DNA of 64,000 bases. Origin: an uncultured Pelagibacteraceae bacterium (lineage in GTDB: Bacteria > Pseudomonadota > Alphaproteobacteria > Pelagibacterales > Pelagibacteraceae). The stretch's first letter is position 1. Each line of letters opens with the position of its first letter. The stretch covers positions 5,596 to 69,595 of the forward strand of contig CACFWD010000003.1 in assembly GCA_902569975.1 (NCBI GenBank), in the 5' to 3' direction. The notes beneath the pieces are model-generated. The model was not told the origin of the DNA, made no database searches, and saw nothing but the letters and a program-made list of their open reading frames with translations. Position numbers and translations under genes: made by a program. Below, one piece after another: positions 11,701 to 22,849 of the stretch.

Positions 11701-12889
11701 TTATGGTTCAAGATTATTTTTCAAGAATGGAGACAAAGTAAAAGCCAATTCAAAGATTTGCGAGTGGGATCCTTATACAACTCCAGTTATTGCAGAAAAA
11801 AGCGGTGTTGCAAGTTATGTTGACTTAATAGACAGTGTTTCAATTCAAGAAACAACTGATGATGCAACAGGAATTTCATCTAAATCTGTAATAGATTGGA
11901 GATCTCAATCAAAAAGTTCAGATTTAAAACCTAGAATTACTTTAAGAGATGAACAAGGAAATGTAATTAAAAAAGCAGATGACAACGAAGCGAGATATTA
12001 TTTGGTCCCTGACTCAATTCTATCTGTTAAGGATGGACAAAAGGTTTCAGCTGGTGATGTAATAGCTAGACTTCCAAAAGAAACAACAAAAACTAAAGAT
12101 ATTACAGGAGGTTTACCAAGAGTAGCAGAATTATTTGAAGCAAGAAAAGCAAAAGATAGTGCGATTATAGCAGAAAATGATGGTCAGGTTGTTTTTGGCA
12201 AAGAGGTTAGAGGGAAACAAAGAGTTTCAATTGTACCAGAGGATGGATCAGAACCATCGAATTATTTAATTCCTAAAGGTAAACACATTAATTTTAATCA
12301 AGGAGAAAAAATTAAAAAAGGTGAGTACCTTTTAGATGGTCAGCCGTTACCTCATGATATTTTAAGAATTATGGGAATTAAAGATTTGACTGAATATTTT
12401 GTTAATCAAGTTCAAGAAGTCTACAGATTACAAGGTGTAATTATAAACGATAAACATATAGAAACAATTTTAAGACAAATGTTAAAAAAAGTTGAAGTTA
12501 AAAATTCTGGAGATTCATCTTATCTTCCAGGTGAAATAGTAGATAGAATTAAATTCGATAACAATAATGAAAAATTAAAATCAGAAGGCAAAGTTCCTGC
12601 TGTTGGGGAAAGAGTTTTAATGGGTATCACTAAAGCCTCTTTACAAACAGAGTCATTTATTTCAGCCGCATCTTTCCAAGAAACAACTAGAGTTTTGACT
12701 GATGCTGCGATTAAAGGTAAAATTGATCCATTAAATGGCTTAAAAGAGAATGTTATTGTAGGCAGATTAGTCCCTGCAGGAACAGGAAATATCAAGAATA
12801 AATGGAACAAAAAAGCTCTTGAAGATGACAATAAATTTTTGTCTGAACAAGAAAAAATAGAAGTCTCAGAAACCCCTGTAAATCAATAA
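8720..12889 (+). CDS. rpoC: RNA polymerase subunit beta'
   Basis: NADFDGD catalytic motif, N-terminal Zn finger, QLTMRTFH trigger loop. Confidence 0.99.
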   Translation: MKKELTDLFKNTEITESQNFNSIKISLASPEKIKSWTYGEIKKPETINYRTFRPEKDGLFCARIFGPIKDYECLCGKYKRMKFRGIICEKCGVEVTKSNVRRERMGHINLATPVAHIWFLKSLPSRIALAVDMKLKEIERVLYFENFIVIEPGLTGLQKNQLLNEEELAKYQDEFGEEAFTAGIGAEAVLEMLKSLDLELERKNLVSYIKETKSKVNEERAIKRLKLIESFIETGQKPEWMIMTVVPVIPPELRPLVPLDGGRFATSDLNDLYRRVINRNNRLKRLMDLKAPDIIVRNEKRMLQESVDALFDNGRRGRVITGTGKRPLKSLAEMLKGKQGRFRQNLLGKRVDYSGRSVIVVGPDLKLHECGLPKKMALELFKPFLYARLNKLGLASTIKQAKKLVEKETNAVWDALELIVREHPVLLNRAPTLHRLGVQAFEPKLIEGDAIELHPLTCAAFNADFDGDQMAVHVPLSLEAQLEARILMLSTNNILSPSNGKPIIVPSQDMILGIYYLSQEPLTDKSAGYFTDADQIEFALSSGQIKVHSTIISRFETIDEKGNKKLEKYTSTAGRFLLANLLPKNKDIKFSLVDRLLPKKVVSEVIDIVFRFCGQKTTVIFCDKLKDLGFKHAFKAGISFGKDDLVIPESKTQLIDDTKKLIADYETQYAEGLITRGEKYNKVVDAWSKCTDKVAGEMMKGISATEKTPEGLKINSVFMMADSGARGSAAQMKQLAGMRGLIAKPSGEIIESPITSNFKEGLTALEYFNSTHGARKGLADTALKTASSGYLTRRLCDVAQDLTVTKKECDCKKPGFIELSEILEGGNVVVSLSERALGRVAFDDVKHPITGEVIIKKLTMIDEAACDQIDAAGIKAVKVYSVMTCGSKEGVCATSYGRDLSRGKMVHVGEAIGMISAQSIGEPGTQLTMRTFHVGGTASVKQDSQIITKNEGILKIINSNILEDSKKNLIVMGRNTQLSIEDDNGVQVAVYKVAYGSRLFFKNGDKVKANSKICEWDPYTTPVIAEKSGVASYVDLIDSVSIQETTDDATGISSKSVIDWRSQSKSSDLKPRITLRDEQGNVIKKADDNEARYYLVPDSILSVKDGQKVSAGDVIARLPKETTKTKDITGGLPRVAELFEARKAKDSAIIAENDGQVVFGKEVRGKQRVSIVPEDGSEPSNYLIPKGKHINFNQGEKIKKGEYLLDGQPLPHDILRIMGIKDLTEYFVNQVQEVYRLQGVIINDKHIETILRQMLKKVEVKNSGDSSYLPGEIVDRIKFDNNNEKLKSEGKVPAVGERVLMGITKASLQTESFISAASFQETTRVLTDAAIKGKIDPLNGLKENVIVGRLVPAGTGNIKNKWNKKALEDDNKFLSEQEKIEVSETPVNQ

Positions 12890-12918
12890 AATTCAATCAA
12901 TCAAATATTAGTTTTAGT

Positions 12919-12946
12919 TTGACAAAGTCAAATTAATAAGTATTTT
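12919..12946 (+). promoter_or_regulatory. Putative sigma70 promoter of the str operon
   Basis: TTGACA-N16-TATTTT followed by GC-rich GGCGGTG. Confidence 0.6.
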
Positions 12947-13031
12947 GGCGGTGTTTTTGGTTGGAATGTAGTGTTTCGATAGACACTAAACGCTGCCATT
13001 AATAACCTGTCAGTTATTTCATTCAAAAACA
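12947..13031 (+). ncRNA. Structured rpsL 5' leader (putative cis-regulatory RNA)
   Basis: Several complementary segments: 12952-12968 with 13015-13031; hairpin 12969-12988; alternative helix 12947-12956 with 12988-12997. GC-richer than other spacers. Confidence 0.7.
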
Positions 13032-13054
13032 ATTATTAATATTAAAATGAAATT

Positions 13055-13426
13055 ATGCCTACTATAAATCAGTTGTTAAAAAATAAAAGAGCTAAACAAA
13101 CTAAAAGAAATAAAGTTCCAGCTTTACAAAAACAACCTTTAAAAAGAGGTGTTTGTGTAAAAGTTTATACAACTACTCCGAAAAAACCAAATTCGGCCTT
13201 AAGGAAAGTTGCTAGAGTAAGATTATCCAATGGGTTTGAGGTAACAGCTTATATTCCTGGAGAAGGACATAATTTACAAGAACACTCAGTTGTCATGATT
13301 AGAGGTGGTCGTGTGAAAGACTTACCAGGTGTTCGATATCATATTCTAAGAGGTAATTTAGATACTCAAGGTGTAGCTAATAGAAAAAAAAGAAGATCCT
13401 TATACGGTACTAAAAAAGGTAAGTAA
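13055..13426 (+). CDS. rpsL: 30S ribosomal protein S12
   Basis: [30 protein letters not shown]. Confidence 0.99.
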   Translation: MPTINQLLKNKRAKQTKRNKVPALQKQPLKRGVCVKVYTTTPKKPNSALRKVARVRLSNGFEVTAYIPGEGHNLQEHSVVMIRGGRVKDLPGVRYHILRGNLDTQGVANRKKRRSLYGTKKGK

Positions 13427-13428
13427 CT

Positions 13429-13899
13429 ATGTCTAGAAAAAAAACCCAACCAAAAAAAAATGTTACTCCTGATCCAAAATTTAAATCAACTATAATTCCA
13501 AAACTGATAAATAATATTATGTACGATGGTAAGAGAGGTGTAGCTGCAAAAATTGTTTATGAAGCTATAGATAAGATTAAAACAAAAACTAAAGATGAGC
13601 CAATTAATATATTTAATGAGGCAATCAATAACATTAAACCAACAGTGGAAGTAAGATCTAGAAGAGTAGGTGGTGCTACATATCAGGTACCAGTAGAAGT
13701 AAAGAGTAAAAGAGCACAAGCTCTTGCTATTAGATGGTTAGTAGATTCAGCTAGAAAAAGAAAAGATAAACATATGTCTGATAAGATTTTTAACGAATTA
13801 TATGATGCTTATGAAAAAAAAGGTGCTGCAGTAAAAAAAAGAGAAGATGTTCATAAAATGGCAGAGTCAAATAAAGCATTCGCTCACTTTAGATGGTAA
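13429..13899 (+). CDS. rpsG: 30S ribosomal protein S7
   Basis: RRVGGATYQVP, MAESNKAFAHFRW. Confidence 0.99.
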   Translation: MSRKKTQPKKNVTPDPKFKSTIIPKLINNIMYDGKRGVAAKIVYEAIDKIKTKTKDEPINIFNEAINNIKPTVEVRSRRVGGATYQVPVEVKSKRAQALAIRWLVDSARKRKDKHMSDKIFNELYDAYEKKGAAVKKREDVHKMAESNKAFAHFRW

Positions 13900-13905
13900 T
13901 AAAAT

Positions 13906-15984
13906 ATGGCTAGAACTCATACATTAGACAAGTATAGAAATATTGGGATCATGGCCCATATAGATGCAGGCAAAACAACCACAACTGAAAGAGTTTTATA
14001 TTATACAGGCAAGAGTCATAAAATTGGAGAAGTGCATGATGGTGCAGCTACTATGGATTGGATGGAACAGGAACAAGAAAGAGGAATAACAATTACATCA
14101 GCTGCTACGACATGTTTTTGGCAGGATCATAGAATAAATATTATAGATACTCCAGGTCACGTAGATTTTACAATTGAAGTTGAAAGATCATTAAAAGTTT
14201 TAGATGGTGCAGTAGCCGTTTTTGATGGTGTTGCGGGAGTGGAGCCTCAATCTGAAACAGTTTGGAGACAGGCAGACAAATATAAGGTACCAAGAATTTG
14301 TTTTGTAAACAAATTAGATAGAACAGGAGCAGATTTTTTTAGATGTGTTGATATGATTAAAGATAGACTAGGTGCCACACCTTTAGTAGTCCAAGTTCCA
14401 ATAGGCATAGAAGCTTCTCTTACAGGAGTTGTAGATTTAGTTAAAATGAAAGCTCAAGTTTGGAAAAACGAAGCTCTAGGTGCTGAATGGGAATATAAAG
14501 ATATACCAGATGATTTAAAAGAAATTTCTCAAAAATATAGAACAGAATTAGTTGAAATGGCTGTTGAGCAGGATGAAAAACTTATGGAGTCTTATTTAAA
14601 TGGTGATGAAATCAAAGAGGAGGATTTAATAAGATGTATCAGAAAAGGCACTTTAGATTTCAGTTTTGTCCCAGTTTTAACTGGATCAGCATTTAAAAAT
14701 AAAGGAGTTCAACCATTACTAGATGCTGTAGTAAATTATTTACCGAGCCCTGTAGATATTGGTTCAATAAAAGGTACTAAATTAGGTGGCGAAGAGGAAA
14801 TGGAGATGAAATTTAATGATAATGCTCCTTTCTCAGCATTAGCTTTTAAAGTTGCTACTGACCCATTTGTTGGATCTCTTACGTTCATAAGAATATACTC
14901 AGGAACCATTAAAACAGGTACTGCTGTTTATAATTCTTCTAAAGAAAAAGAGGAAAGAGTTGGAAGAATGCTACTTATGCATGCAAATTCAAGAGAAGAT
15001 ATTAAAGAGGCAAATGCAGGAGACATAGTAGCTTTAGCTGGTTTAAAAAATACAATAACAGGTCATACATTATGTGACAAAGAAAATTCTGTTTTACTTG
15101 AGCCGATGGAATTTCCTGATCCAGTTATTGAAATTGCTGTTGAACCTAAAACAAAAGCTGACCAAGAGAAAATGGGAGAAGCCTTAGGTAGACTTGCAAA
15201 AGAAGATCCGTCTTTTAGAGTAACATCAGACGAGGAGTCTGGACAAACAATTATTAAAGGAATGGGAGAACTTCATTTAGATATAATAGTTGATCGTATG
15301 AAAAGAGAATTTAAAGTTGAGGCGAATGTTGGTGCACCTCAAGTAGCATATAGAGAAACAATAGAATCGTCATCAGAGGTTGAGTACACACATAAAAAAC
15401 AATCTGGTGGTGCAGGACAATTTGCAAAAGTCAAACTTTTAGTAGAGCCACAAGAGCCTGGTAAAGGCAGGGAAGTTGAAAGCAAGATTAAAGGTGGTGC
15501 AATTCCAAAAGAATTTATACCAGGTGTTGAAAAAGGAATAGAAACTGTTTCTGATGGTGGAATATTAGCTGGATTCCCTATGATTGATTATAAAGTGACA
15601 ATTTTAGATGGATTACACCATGATGTTGACTCTAGTGTTTTAGCGTTTGAACTAGCAAGTAGAGCTTGTTTTAAGGAGGCCTGCACAAAAGGAGGTTTAA
15701 AATTATTAGAACCTGTTATGAGAGTAGAAGTAGTTACCCCCGAAGATTATATGGGGGATGTAATCGGAGATTTAAATAGTAGAAGGGGTCAAATAAATAC
15801 TCAAGAGCAAAGAGGTAATGCAACTGTTATCACTGCGATGGTCCCTTTAGCAAATATGTTTGGATATATAAATAATTTAAGATCCATGTCACAAGGAAGA
15901 GCTCAATACTCAATGTTTTTTGATCATTATTCTAAAGTTCCTCAGAATGTTCAAGATGAAGTAACTAAAAAGATTGCAGGATAA
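13906..15984 (+). CDS. fusA: Elongation factor G
   Basis: [25 protein letters not shown]. Confidence 0.99.
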   Translation: MARTHTLDKYRNIGIMAHIDAGKTTTTERVLYYTGKSHKIGEVHDGAATMDWMEQEQERGITITSAATTCFWQDHRINIIDTPGHVDFTIEVERSLKVLDGAVAVFDGVAGVEPQSETVWRQADKYKVPRICFVNKLDRTGADFFRCVDMIKDRLGATPLVVQVPIGIEASLTGVVDLVKMKAQVWKNEALGAEWEYKDIPDDLKEISQKYRTELVEMAVEQDEKLMESYLNGDEIKEEDLIRCIRKGTLDFSFVPVLTGSAFKNKGVQPLLDAVVNYLPSPVDIGSIKGTKLGGEEEMEMKFNDNAPFSALAFKVATDPFVGSLTFIRIYSGTIKTGTAVYNSSKEKEERVGRMLLMHANSREDIKEANAGDIVALAGLKNTITGHTLCDKENSVLLEPMEFPDPVIEIAVEPKTKADQEKMGEALGRLAKEDPSFRVTSDEESGQTIIKGMGELHLDIIVDRMKREFKVEANVGAPQVAYRETIESSSEVEYTHKKQSGGAGQFAKVKLLVEPQEPGKGREVESKIKGGAIPKEFIPGVEKGIETVSDGGILAGFPMIDYKVTILDGLHHDVDSSVLAFELASRACFKEACTKGGLKLLEPVMRVEVVTPEDYMGDVIGDLNSRRGQINTQEQRGNATVITAMVPLANMFGYINNLRSMSQGRAQYSMFFDHYSKVPQNVQDEVTKKIAG

Positions 15985-15986
15985 TT

Positions 15987-16295
15987 ATGGAAAAACAAAA
16001 TATTAGAATTAAACTCAGAGCATACGATAATAAGATTCTTGATGCCTCTACTGAAGAAATAGTCAATACGGTAAAAAGAACTGGCGCAACAATAAAAGGA
16101 CCTATACCGTTACCTACAAAAATTGAGAGATATACAGTATTACGTTCACCTCATATTGACAAAAAAAGTAGAGAGCAATTTGAGTCTAGAACTCATAAAC
16201 GATTAATAGACATAGTTGAACCAACCCCTCAAACAGTAGAGGCTTTAATGAAATTAGATTTAGCTTCAGGTGTTGATGTGGAGATAAAAATTTAG
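15987..16295 (+). CDS. rpsJ: 30S ribosomal protein S10
   Basis: [21 protein letters not shown]. Confidence 0.99.
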   Translation: MEKQNIRIKLRAYDNKILDASTEEIVNTVKRTGATIKGPIPLPTKIERYTVLRSPHIDKKSREQFESRTHKRLIDIVEPTPQTVEALMKLDLASGVDVEIKI

Positions 16296-16297
16296 TT

Positions 16298-17008
16298 ATG
16301 AGCGAAATAGCATTGATTGGTAAAAAAATAGGTATGACTAGAGAGTTTTATAAAACAGGTCAAGTGGTGCCAGTTACTGTTTTAAAGATGGAGAAAGCCA
16401 GAGTAATTCAGGTAATAGATCAAGAAAAAAGAGGATATAAAGCAGTTCAATTAGGTTATGGAAAAATAAAGAGCTCTAAAATTAAAAAATCAATGAAAGG
16501 TTATTTTGCAAAAAAAAATACTGAAGCAAAAAAAATATTAAAAGAATTTAAAGTTGAAAATACCGAAACTTATAAAGAAGGAAATGAGTTTGGATTAGAA
16601 ATATTTAAAGACACTAAATTTGTAGATACAAAATCAAAAACAATTGGAAAAGGTTTTGCAGGAGCAATGAAAAGACATAACTTTGGAGGTTTAAGAGCTA
16701 CTCATGGTGTTTCAGTTTCTCACAGATCGCATGGTTCTACGGGTCAAAGACAAGACCCTGGAAAAGTATTTAAAGGTAAAAAGATGGCTGGTCATATGGG
16801 AGACAAACTTAGAACAATGCAAAATATCGAAATAATTAAAACTGATATTGAAAATGAATTGCTATATTTAAAAGGATCTATACCAGGTGCTAAAAATTCT
16901 GAAATTTTAGTCAAAAAATCTGTAAAAAATGTTAACAAACTTACTATTGAAGAAAAAATTAAAGCTGCTGAGGAAGCAAAGAAAACACCAGATAAAAAGA
17001 AAAAATAA
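16298..17008 (+). CDS. rplC: 50S ribosomal protein L3
   Basis: GKKIGMT, GKGFAGAMKRHNF, PGKVFKGKKMAG. Confidence 0.98.
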   Translation: MSEIALIGKKIGMTREFYKTGQVVPVTVLKMEKARVIQVIDQEKRGYKAVQLGYGKIKSSKIKKSMKGYFAKKNTEAKKILKEFKVENTETYKEGNEFGLEIFKDTKFVDTKSKTIGKGFAGAMKRHNFGGLRATHGVSVSHRSHGSTGQRQDPGKVFKGKKMAGHMGDKLRTMQNIEIIKTDIENELLYLKGSIPGAKNSEILVKKSVKNVNKLTIEEKIKAAEEAKKTPDKKKK

Positions 17009-17631
17009 TGAAATTAGATAAATTAAATTTAGATGGAAAAAAAGGATCTATTGAGGTTCTAGATAAAATTTTTTCAGCAAAAATAAATAAAAAATTAGTT
17101 AACAGTGTATTATATAAAACAAATGCTAATTACAAAGGAAGACATGCTAAAACTAAACAGCAAAACGAAGTTTCAGGTCCAACTTCCAAAATATATGCTC
17201 AAAAGGGAACTGGTGGAGCTAGGCACGCCAGTAGAAAAGCTCCTATTTTTGTTGGTGGTGGTATAGCTCATGGTCCTAAAGGAGAACTTGCTTATAAAAA
17301 AAGAAAGTTAAATAAAAGTGAAAAAAGACTGAGTGTTGCATCATTAATTACAGAAAAAAACAAGAATAATAATTTATTGATCTTTAGTGACTTTAATAAC
17401 GAAATTAAAAAAACTAAAGAAATGTATTTAATTGTTAAAAAATTTGAAATTACAAATTCATTAATAATTCTTGACAAAAATTCTAAAGATAAAATTGAAA
17501 AATCAGTAAGAAATATACCAAATATCAAAATTACTGATGTTAATCATTTTAGTGCTTTTGATATAGTAAAATTTAAGAAAGTTGTTTTTACGGAAAGTTC
17601 AATTAAAGAATTAGAAAAGAGATACGCATAA
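17008..17631 (+). CDS. rplD: 50S ribosomal protein L4
   Basis: QKGTGGARH, GGGIAHGPK. Confidence 0.98.
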   Translation: MKLDKLNLDGKKGSIEVLDKIFSAKINKKLVNSVLYKTNANYKGRHAKTKQQNEVSGPTSKIYAQKGTGGARHASRKAPIFVGGGIAHGPKGELAYKKRKLNKSEKRLSVASLITEKNKNNNLLIFSDFNNEIKKTKEMYLIVKKFEITNSLIILDKNSKDKIEKSVRNIPNIKITDVNHFSAFDIVKFKKVVFTESSIKELEKRYA

Positions 17632-17924
17632 TGATTAAATTACATTTATATGACAAAATTTTATCTCCATTGGTCACTGAAAAAACAACTAATTTGTCTG
17701 AACAAAATAAAATTGTATTCAAGGTTCCAGCAACTGCTAATAAGAAAAATTTGAAGAATAACATTGAAAAAATTTTTAAAGTGAATGTGACTAAGATTAA
17801 TATTATTAATAAACAAAACAGAGTAAAATTAACTAGAGGAAGAAAAGTTAAGGTTTCTGGATTTAAAAAAGCAATTATTACCCTAAAAAAAGGTCAAAGT
17901 ATTGATCTTACTACTGGAGTTTAA
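17631..17924 (+). CDS. rplW: 50S ribosomal protein L23
   Basis: PLVTEKT, KKAIITL; synteny. Confidence 0.97.
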   Translation: MIKLHLYDKILSPLVTEKTTNLSEQNKIVFKVPATANKKNLKNNIEKIFKVNVTKINIINKQNRVKLTRGRKVKVSGFKKAIITLKKGQSIDLTTGV

Positions 17925-17928
17925 ATAG

Positions 17929-18762
17929 ATGGCATTAAAAACTTTTAAACCTTATACAAAATCTACTAGAGGAACAATTTTAGTTGATAGATCTGGCTTA
18001 TGGAAAGGAAAACCATTTAAATCTTTAGTTTCACCTAAAAATGCAATGAAAGGTAGAAATAACAATGGACATATTACATCTATTAATAGAGCAGGTGGTC
18101 ATAAAAAAATGTACAGACATGTTGATTTTTATAGAAAAAAAAATGATATGCCAGCAACAGTTGAAAGGATTGAATATGATCCAAATAGATCGTGTTATAT
18201 AATGTTAGTGAAATTTCAAGATAACACGCATGCTTACTATCTTGCTCCACAAAAAATTAAAATTGGTGATGTAGTTGAAAATGGATCAAAAAAAGAAATT
18301 AAAGTTGGAAATTGTATGCCTCTTCAAGATATTCCAGTTGGAATAGATATACACAATGTAGAAATTCAACCTGGTGGTGGTGGTAAAATAGCTAGATCTG
18401 CTGGTACCTCGGTAACAATAAGTGGTCTAGACGGTAATTATAGTTTAATTAAACTTGCCTCAGGCGAAGTAAGAAAAATTGACTCAAGGTCTTTAGCAAC
18501 AATCGGTGTTTTAAGTAATCCAGATCAAAAAAATATAAAAATAGGTAAAGCAGGAAGATCAAGATGGTTGGGTAGACGTCCTCACACAAGAGGTGTTGTT
18601 AAAAATCCAGTTGACCACCCTCACGGCGGAGGTGAAGGTAAAACAGCTGGAGGAAGACATCCAGTTTCACCAACAGGTCAATCTGCAAAAGGTTTAAAAA
18701 CTAGAGATAATAAACGTACAGATAAATTTATTGTGCGTAGAAGAAAGAAGCGGAAGGATTAA
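17929..18762 (+). CDS. rplB: 50S ribosomal protein L2
   Basis: IEYDPNRS, NPVDHPHGGGEG. Confidence 0.99.
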   Translation: MALKTFKPYTKSTRGTILVDRSGLWKGKPFKSLVSPKNAMKGRNNNGHITSINRAGGHKKMYRHVDFYRKKNDMPATVERIEYDPNRSCYIMLVKFQDNTHAYYLAPQKIKIGDVVENGSKKEIKVGNCMPLQDIPVGIDIHNVEIQPGGGGKIARSAGTSVTISGLDGNYSLIKLASGEVRKIDSRSLATIGVLSNPDQKNIKIGKAGRSRWLGRRPHTRGVVKNPVDHPHGGGEGKTAGGRHPVSPTGQSAKGLKTRDNKRTDKFIVRRRKKRKD

Positions 18763-18765
18763 ATA

Positions 18766-19065
18766 ATGGCTAGAGCAGTTTGGAAAGGACCATTTGTTGA
18801 AGAAAGTTTGATGAAAAAAGTTGATAAATATAAATCAGACCCAAAAAAAATTCCAATTAAAACCTGGTCGAGAAAATCAACAATAATCCCAGATTTTGTT
18901 GGAGTAAGTTTTTTAATTTACAACGGAAAAAAATTTATTCCAATTACTGTCTCTGAAGATATGGTAGGTCACAAAATGGGTGAATTTGCTCCTACAAGAA
19001 CTTTTTTTGGTCACACCCCAGCTGATAAAAAAGCTGCTGCTAAACCTGACGAGGCAAAGAAATAA
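18766..19065 (+). CDS. rpsS: 30S ribosomal protein S19
   Basis: [23 protein letters not shown]. Confidence 0.98.
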   Translation: MARAVWKGPFVEESLMKKVDKYKSDPKKIPIKTWSRKSTIIPDFVGVSFLIYNGKKFIPITVSEDMVGHKMGEFAPTRTFFGHTPADKKAAAKPDEAKK

Positions 19066-19068
19066 TTT

Positions 19069-19467
19069 ATGAGTAAAAAAAAAATAACAGATAAAAGTAA
19101 AGAAAAAATGGTAAGATCTATAAATAATAATATTAGATCAAGTGTACGAAAGCTAAATCCAATTTTAAGAGGAATTGTAGGAAAAAAAGTTGATGTGGCA
19201 ATGAGAGATTTACAATTTTCTGAAAAAAGAATTACTAAAGATATTAGAAAAACAATTAATTCTGCTATTGCCAATGCAGAAAATAATTTTCAATATGATA
19301 TTGATAATTTGATAGTTAAAGAGGCATATTGTGGAAAGAAAATAATTATGAAGAGATTTAGACCTAGAGCAAAAGGAAGAGCAGCTCCGATTCTAAAACC
19401 TTATTCAAGCGTGACAATAATATTATCAGAAGTTAAAAAGATGGAGAGTCATGGGACAAAAGGTTAA
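19069..19467 (+). CDS. rplV: 50S ribosomal protein L22
   Basis: [20 protein letters not shown]. Confidence 0.98.
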   Translation: MSKKKITDKSKEKMVRSINNNIRSSVRKLNPILRGIVGKKVDVAMRDLQFSEKRITKDIRKTINSAIANAENNFQYDIDNLIVKEAYCGKKIIMKRFRPRAKGRAAPILKPYSSVTIILSEVKKMESHGTKG

Positions 19468-20131
19468 TCCAGTAGGTTTTAGATTAGGTGTAAACAGAGG
19501 TTGGGACTCTGTTTGGTATGCTAAGAAAAAAGATTTTGGAAATTACTTAATAGAGGATTTTAGAATAAGAGAATATATTAAAAAAAATGTCATAAATTCC
19601 GGTGTTTCAAAAGTTATGATCGAGAGAACATCTAACAAATGTTATGTAACAATTTACACGTCTAGACCTGGATTTGTTATTGGTAAAAAAGGTAGTGATA
19701 TTGATAAGATAAAAAACAATCTATCTAAAATTACCAAAAATGAAGTCACCTTAAATATTAAAGAAGTAAAAAAACCAGAGACAAATGCTTATCTAGTAGC
19801 TGAAAATATTGCACAACAATTAGTTAAAAGAATTTCATACAGAAGAGCGATGAAAAGAGCCATGCAGTCATGTATAAGACTTGGCGCTAAAGGTATTAAA
19901 GTATCATGTAGTGGAAGACTAGGTGGAAATGAAATTGCAAGAACAGAATGGTTAAGAGATGGTAGCATCCCGTCTCATACCTTAAGAGCAGATATTGATT
20001 ATGCTGAGGCAGAAGCATTAACTACCTATGGAATTATTGGAATTAAAGTTTGGATTTATAAAGGCGAGGTATTTGCAAAGGAATTTAGTCAAGAAACAAA
20101 CAAAGTAATTTCAAAAGAGGGTAAAGAGTAA
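19451..20131 (+). CDS. rpsC: 30S ribosomal protein S3
   Basis: [28 protein letters not shown]. Confidence 0.99.
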   Translation: MGQKVNPVGFRLGVNRGWDSVWYAKKKDFGNYLIEDFRIREYIKKNVINSGVSKVMIERTSNKCYVTIYTSRPGFVIGKKGSDIDKIKNNLSKITKNEVTLNIKEVKKPETNAYLVAENIAQQLVKRISYRRAMKRAMQSCIRLGAKGIKVSCSGRLGGNEIARTEWLRDGSIPSHTLRADIDYAEAEALTTYGIIGIKVWIYKGEVFAKEFSQETNKVISKEGKE

Positions 20132-20132
20132 A

Positions 20133-20543
20133 ATGTTACAACCTGTAAGAACAAAATGGAGAAAAGCTCATAAAGGAAGAATTCATGGTAATGCTTCAAG
20201 AGCCAATTTTATTAATTATGGTGCATTTGCATTAAAAGCAATGTCTCCAGAAAGAGTAACAGGTAAACAAATAGAAGCCGCAAGAGTTGCATTAACCAGA
20301 CACATGAAGAGGCAAGGGAGAGTTTGGACAAGAGTATTTCCAAATATTCCAGTATCAAAAAAACCTATTGAGGTAAGAATGGGTAAAGGAAAAGGTTCAC
20401 CAGAGTATTATGCATGTAGAGTTAAACCTGGAAGAATTTTATTTGAAGTTGATGGTGTTTCTGAGCAAATTGCTAAAGAAGCTTTATATAAAGCATCAGC
20501 AAAATTACCAATTAAAACAAAAACTATTAAAAGATTTATATAA
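20133..20543 (+). CDS. rplP: 50S ribosomal protein L16
   Basis: [18 protein letters not shown]. Confidence 0.99.
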   Translation: MLQPVRTKWRKAHKGRIHGNASRANFINYGAFALKAMSPERVTGKQIEAARVALTRHMKRQGRVWTRVFPNIPVSKKPIEVRMGKGKGSPEYYACRVKPGRILFEVDGVSEQIAKEALYKASAKLPIKTKTIKRFI

Positions 20544-20734
20544 TGAAAAAACAAGAAATTAAAAAATTATCAAAAGACGAGATACTTAAAAACATAGATA
20601 AGTTAAAAAAAGACTTATTTAATTTTAGATTTCAAAAAATAAATTCACAAGTAACTAATCCAGCGAAAATTGGTGAAACTAAAAAAATTATCGCAAGATT
20701 AAAAACAAGTTTAAAGGAAAAAATAAATGCCTAA
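20543..20734 (+). CDS. rpmC: 50S ribosomal protein L29
   Basis: LFNFRFQ...IARLKT; synteny. Confidence 0.96.
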   Translation: MKKQEIKKLSKDEILKNIDKLKKDLFNFRFQKINSQVTNPAKIGETKKIIARLKTSLKEKINA

Positions 20735-20963
20735 AAAGATTTTAACAGGAGTCGTTGTTAGCGATAAATCAAATAAAACAATTACTGTAATGGTTGAAAG
20801 AAAATTTTCTCATCCAGTATTAAAAAAAGTAATAAAGGTGAGAAAAAAATATAATGCGCACGATGAAAATAACAGTTTTAAAAATGGTGATAAAGTTTCA
20901 ATCATTGAAAGCAAACCATTTTCAAAAAATAAAAAATTTCAAGTTATGGAGAACAATAAATAA
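20727..20963 (+). CDS. rpsQ: 30S ribosomal protein S17
   Basis: GVVVSDK, HPVLKK, AHDE. Confidence 0.98.
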   Translation: MPKKILTGVVVSDKSNKTITVMVERKFSHPVLKKVIKVRKKYNAHDENNSFKNGDKVSIIESKPFSKNKKFQVMENNK

Positions 20964-21331
20964 TGATACAAGTCCAAACAGAATTACAAGTTGCAGATAA
21001 CACAGGGGCAAAAAAAATTGAATGTATCAAAGTTTTAGGTGGCTCTAAAAGAAGATATGCAAGTATAGGTGACACAATTGTTATCGCTGTAAAGGAAGCA
21101 ATCCCTAAAGGAAAAGTTAAAAAGGGTTCAGTCCACAAGGCAGTTGTTGTAAGAGTTAAAAAGGGAATTCATAGAGATGATGGTTCAAAATTAAGATTTG
21201 ATAATAATGCAGCAGTTTTAGTTGATGATAAAGGTGAACCTGTTGGAACTAGAATATTTGGACCTGTAACTAGAGAATTAAGAAATAGAGGGCAAATGAA
21301 AATAATCTCATTAGCACCAGAGGTATTATAG
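20963..21331 (+). CDS. rplN: 50S ribosomal protein L14
   Basis: [23 protein letters not shown]. Confidence 0.99.
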   Translation: MIQVQTELQVADNTGAKKIECIKVLGGSKRRYASIGDTIVIAVKEAIPKGKVKKGSVHKAVVVRVKKGIHRDDGSKLRFDNNAAVLVDDKGEPVGTRIFGPVTRELRNRGQMKIISLAPEVL

Positions 21332-21579
21332 TGATTAAAAAAGGTCTTAAAGTTAAAGTTCTTACTGGTAAAGACAAAGCCAAGGAAGGTGAAGTTATCG
21401 AAATAGATAGACCTAATAATAGAGCTAAAGTTAAAGAAATAAATATGGTTAAAAAACATGTTAAAACAACTAAAGAAAAAAAAGGTGGTATTGTATCAAA
21501 AGAGAGCTTTATACATATATCTAATTTAAAATTGGTTGATAATAAAAGTGAAAATAAAAAAATAGGGGCTAAAAAATAA
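21331..21579 (+). CDS. rplX: 50S ribosomal protein L24 (short, 82 aa)
   Basis: KOW motif [22 protein letters not shown]; GTG start. Confidence 0.96.
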   Translation: MIKKGLKVKVLTGKDKAKEGEVIEIDRPNNRAKVKEINMVKKHVKTTKEKKGGIVSKESFIHISNLKLVDNKSENKKIGAKK

Positions 21580-22133
21580 TGACTCCAAGACTTAAAGAAC
21601 TATTTTTTAAAGAGATACAACCTGCTCTTAAAGATCAGTTTAGATTTAAAAATATCTACATGAGCCCTAAAATTGAAAAAATTGTTATTAATATGGGCTT
21701 AGGTTTAGATGGCAATGATTCAAAAATTTTAAAATCATGTGAAGAAGATCTAGCTAAAATAACTGGACAGAAACCAGTTGTAACAAAATTTAAAAAATCA
21801 GTGGCAAATTTCAAAACTAGAAAAGGGTCAAATGCTGGGCTCAAAGTAACCTTAAGAAAAAACAAAATGTATGAATTTTTAGATAGATTGGTAAATATTG
21901 CTTTACCTAGAATTAAAGATTTTAGAGGTTTATCTTCAAATGGTTTTGATAAATTTGGTAATTATACATTTGGTATAAAAGAGCATATTATTTTTCCCGA
22001 AGTTAGTTTTGATAGAGCTGATAAAGTTAGAGGCTTAGATATAATTATTGTTATATCATCTAAAAGTAAAGATCACAGTTTTGCTTTATTAGAAAAACTA
22101 AATTTTCCATTTATAAAAAAAGGAGATAATTAA
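21579..22133 (+). CDS. rplE: 50S ribosomal protein L5
   Basis: KIVINMG, ITGQKP, LPRIKDFRG. Confidence 0.98.
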   Translation: MTPRLKELFFKEIQPALKDQFRFKNIYMSPKIEKIVINMGLGLDGNDSKILKSCEEDLAKITGQKPVVTKFKKSVANFKTRKGSNAGLKVTLRKNKMYEFLDRLVNIALPRIKDFRGLSSNGFDKFGNYTFGIKEHIIFPEVSFDRADKVRGLDIIIVISSKSKDHSFALLEKLNFPFIKKGDN

Positions 22134-22135
22134 TA

Positions 22136-22441
22136 ATGGCTAAAATAAGCTCAATAAATAAGAATAATAGAAGAATAAAACTTTCAGACAGATTTTATAA
22201 AAAAAGAGAAAAGTTAAAAAAAATTGTAATGAATAAAAAACTTCCACTAGAGGAAAGATTTCAAGCACAACAAAAATTATCAAAATTACCAAGGAATTCG
22301 GCAAAAAACAGAGTTATGAATAGATGCCAAATTACAGGTCGACCTCACGGTGTTTATAGAAAATTAAAGATATCTAGAATTGCATTAAGACAACTTGGAT
22401 TGCAAGGAAAGATACCAGGTTTAGTAAAATCAAGTTGGTAG
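22136..22441 (+). CDS. rpsN: 30S ribosomal protein S14 (101-aa, Zn-independent type)
   Basis: LPRNS, NRCQITGRPHG, IPGLVKSSW. Confidence 0.98.
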   Translation: MAKISSINKNNRRIKLSDRFYKKREKLKKIVMNKKLPLEERFQAQQKLSKLPRNSAKNRVMNRCQITGRPHGVYRKLKISRIALRQLGLQGKIPGLVKSSW

Positions 22442-22451
22442 AAAGGAATAT

Positions 22452-22847
22452 ATGAGTTTAAGTGACCCAATTGGAGATATGATCGCTAGAGTAAAAAATG
22501 CACAGGCTAGAAATCATAAGAAAGTAGAATTACCATCATCAAATTTTAAATCAAGAATTGCTGGTATTTTAAAGAATGAGGGTTTTATAAAAGATTTTAA
22601 AGTTACTGGTGATGATAAAAAACCTGTATTATCATTGGAACTTAAATATCATTCTGGTAATCCAGTTATAAGTAATTTTGAGAGAGTATCAAAACCTGGA
22701 AGAAGAATATTCTCTAGTGCCGATAGTTTACCTAAAATAAACAATGGCCTGGGTATAGCAATTGTCTCTACACCTAAAGGAGTTATGACAGATATGGATG
22801 CTAGAAAACAAAAAGTAGGTGGAGAAATAATCTGTAAGGTATTTTAA
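22452..22847 (+). CDS. rpsH: 30S ribosomal protein S8
   Basis: DPIGDM, SKPGRR, STPKGVM. Confidence 0.98.
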   Translation: MSLSDPIGDMIARVKNAQARNHKKVELPSSNFKSRIAGILKNEGFIKDFKVTGDDKKPVLSLELKYHSGNPVISNFERVSKPGRRIFSSADSLPKINNGLGIAIVSTPKGVMTDMDARKQKVGGEIICKVF

Positions 22848-22849
22848 TC

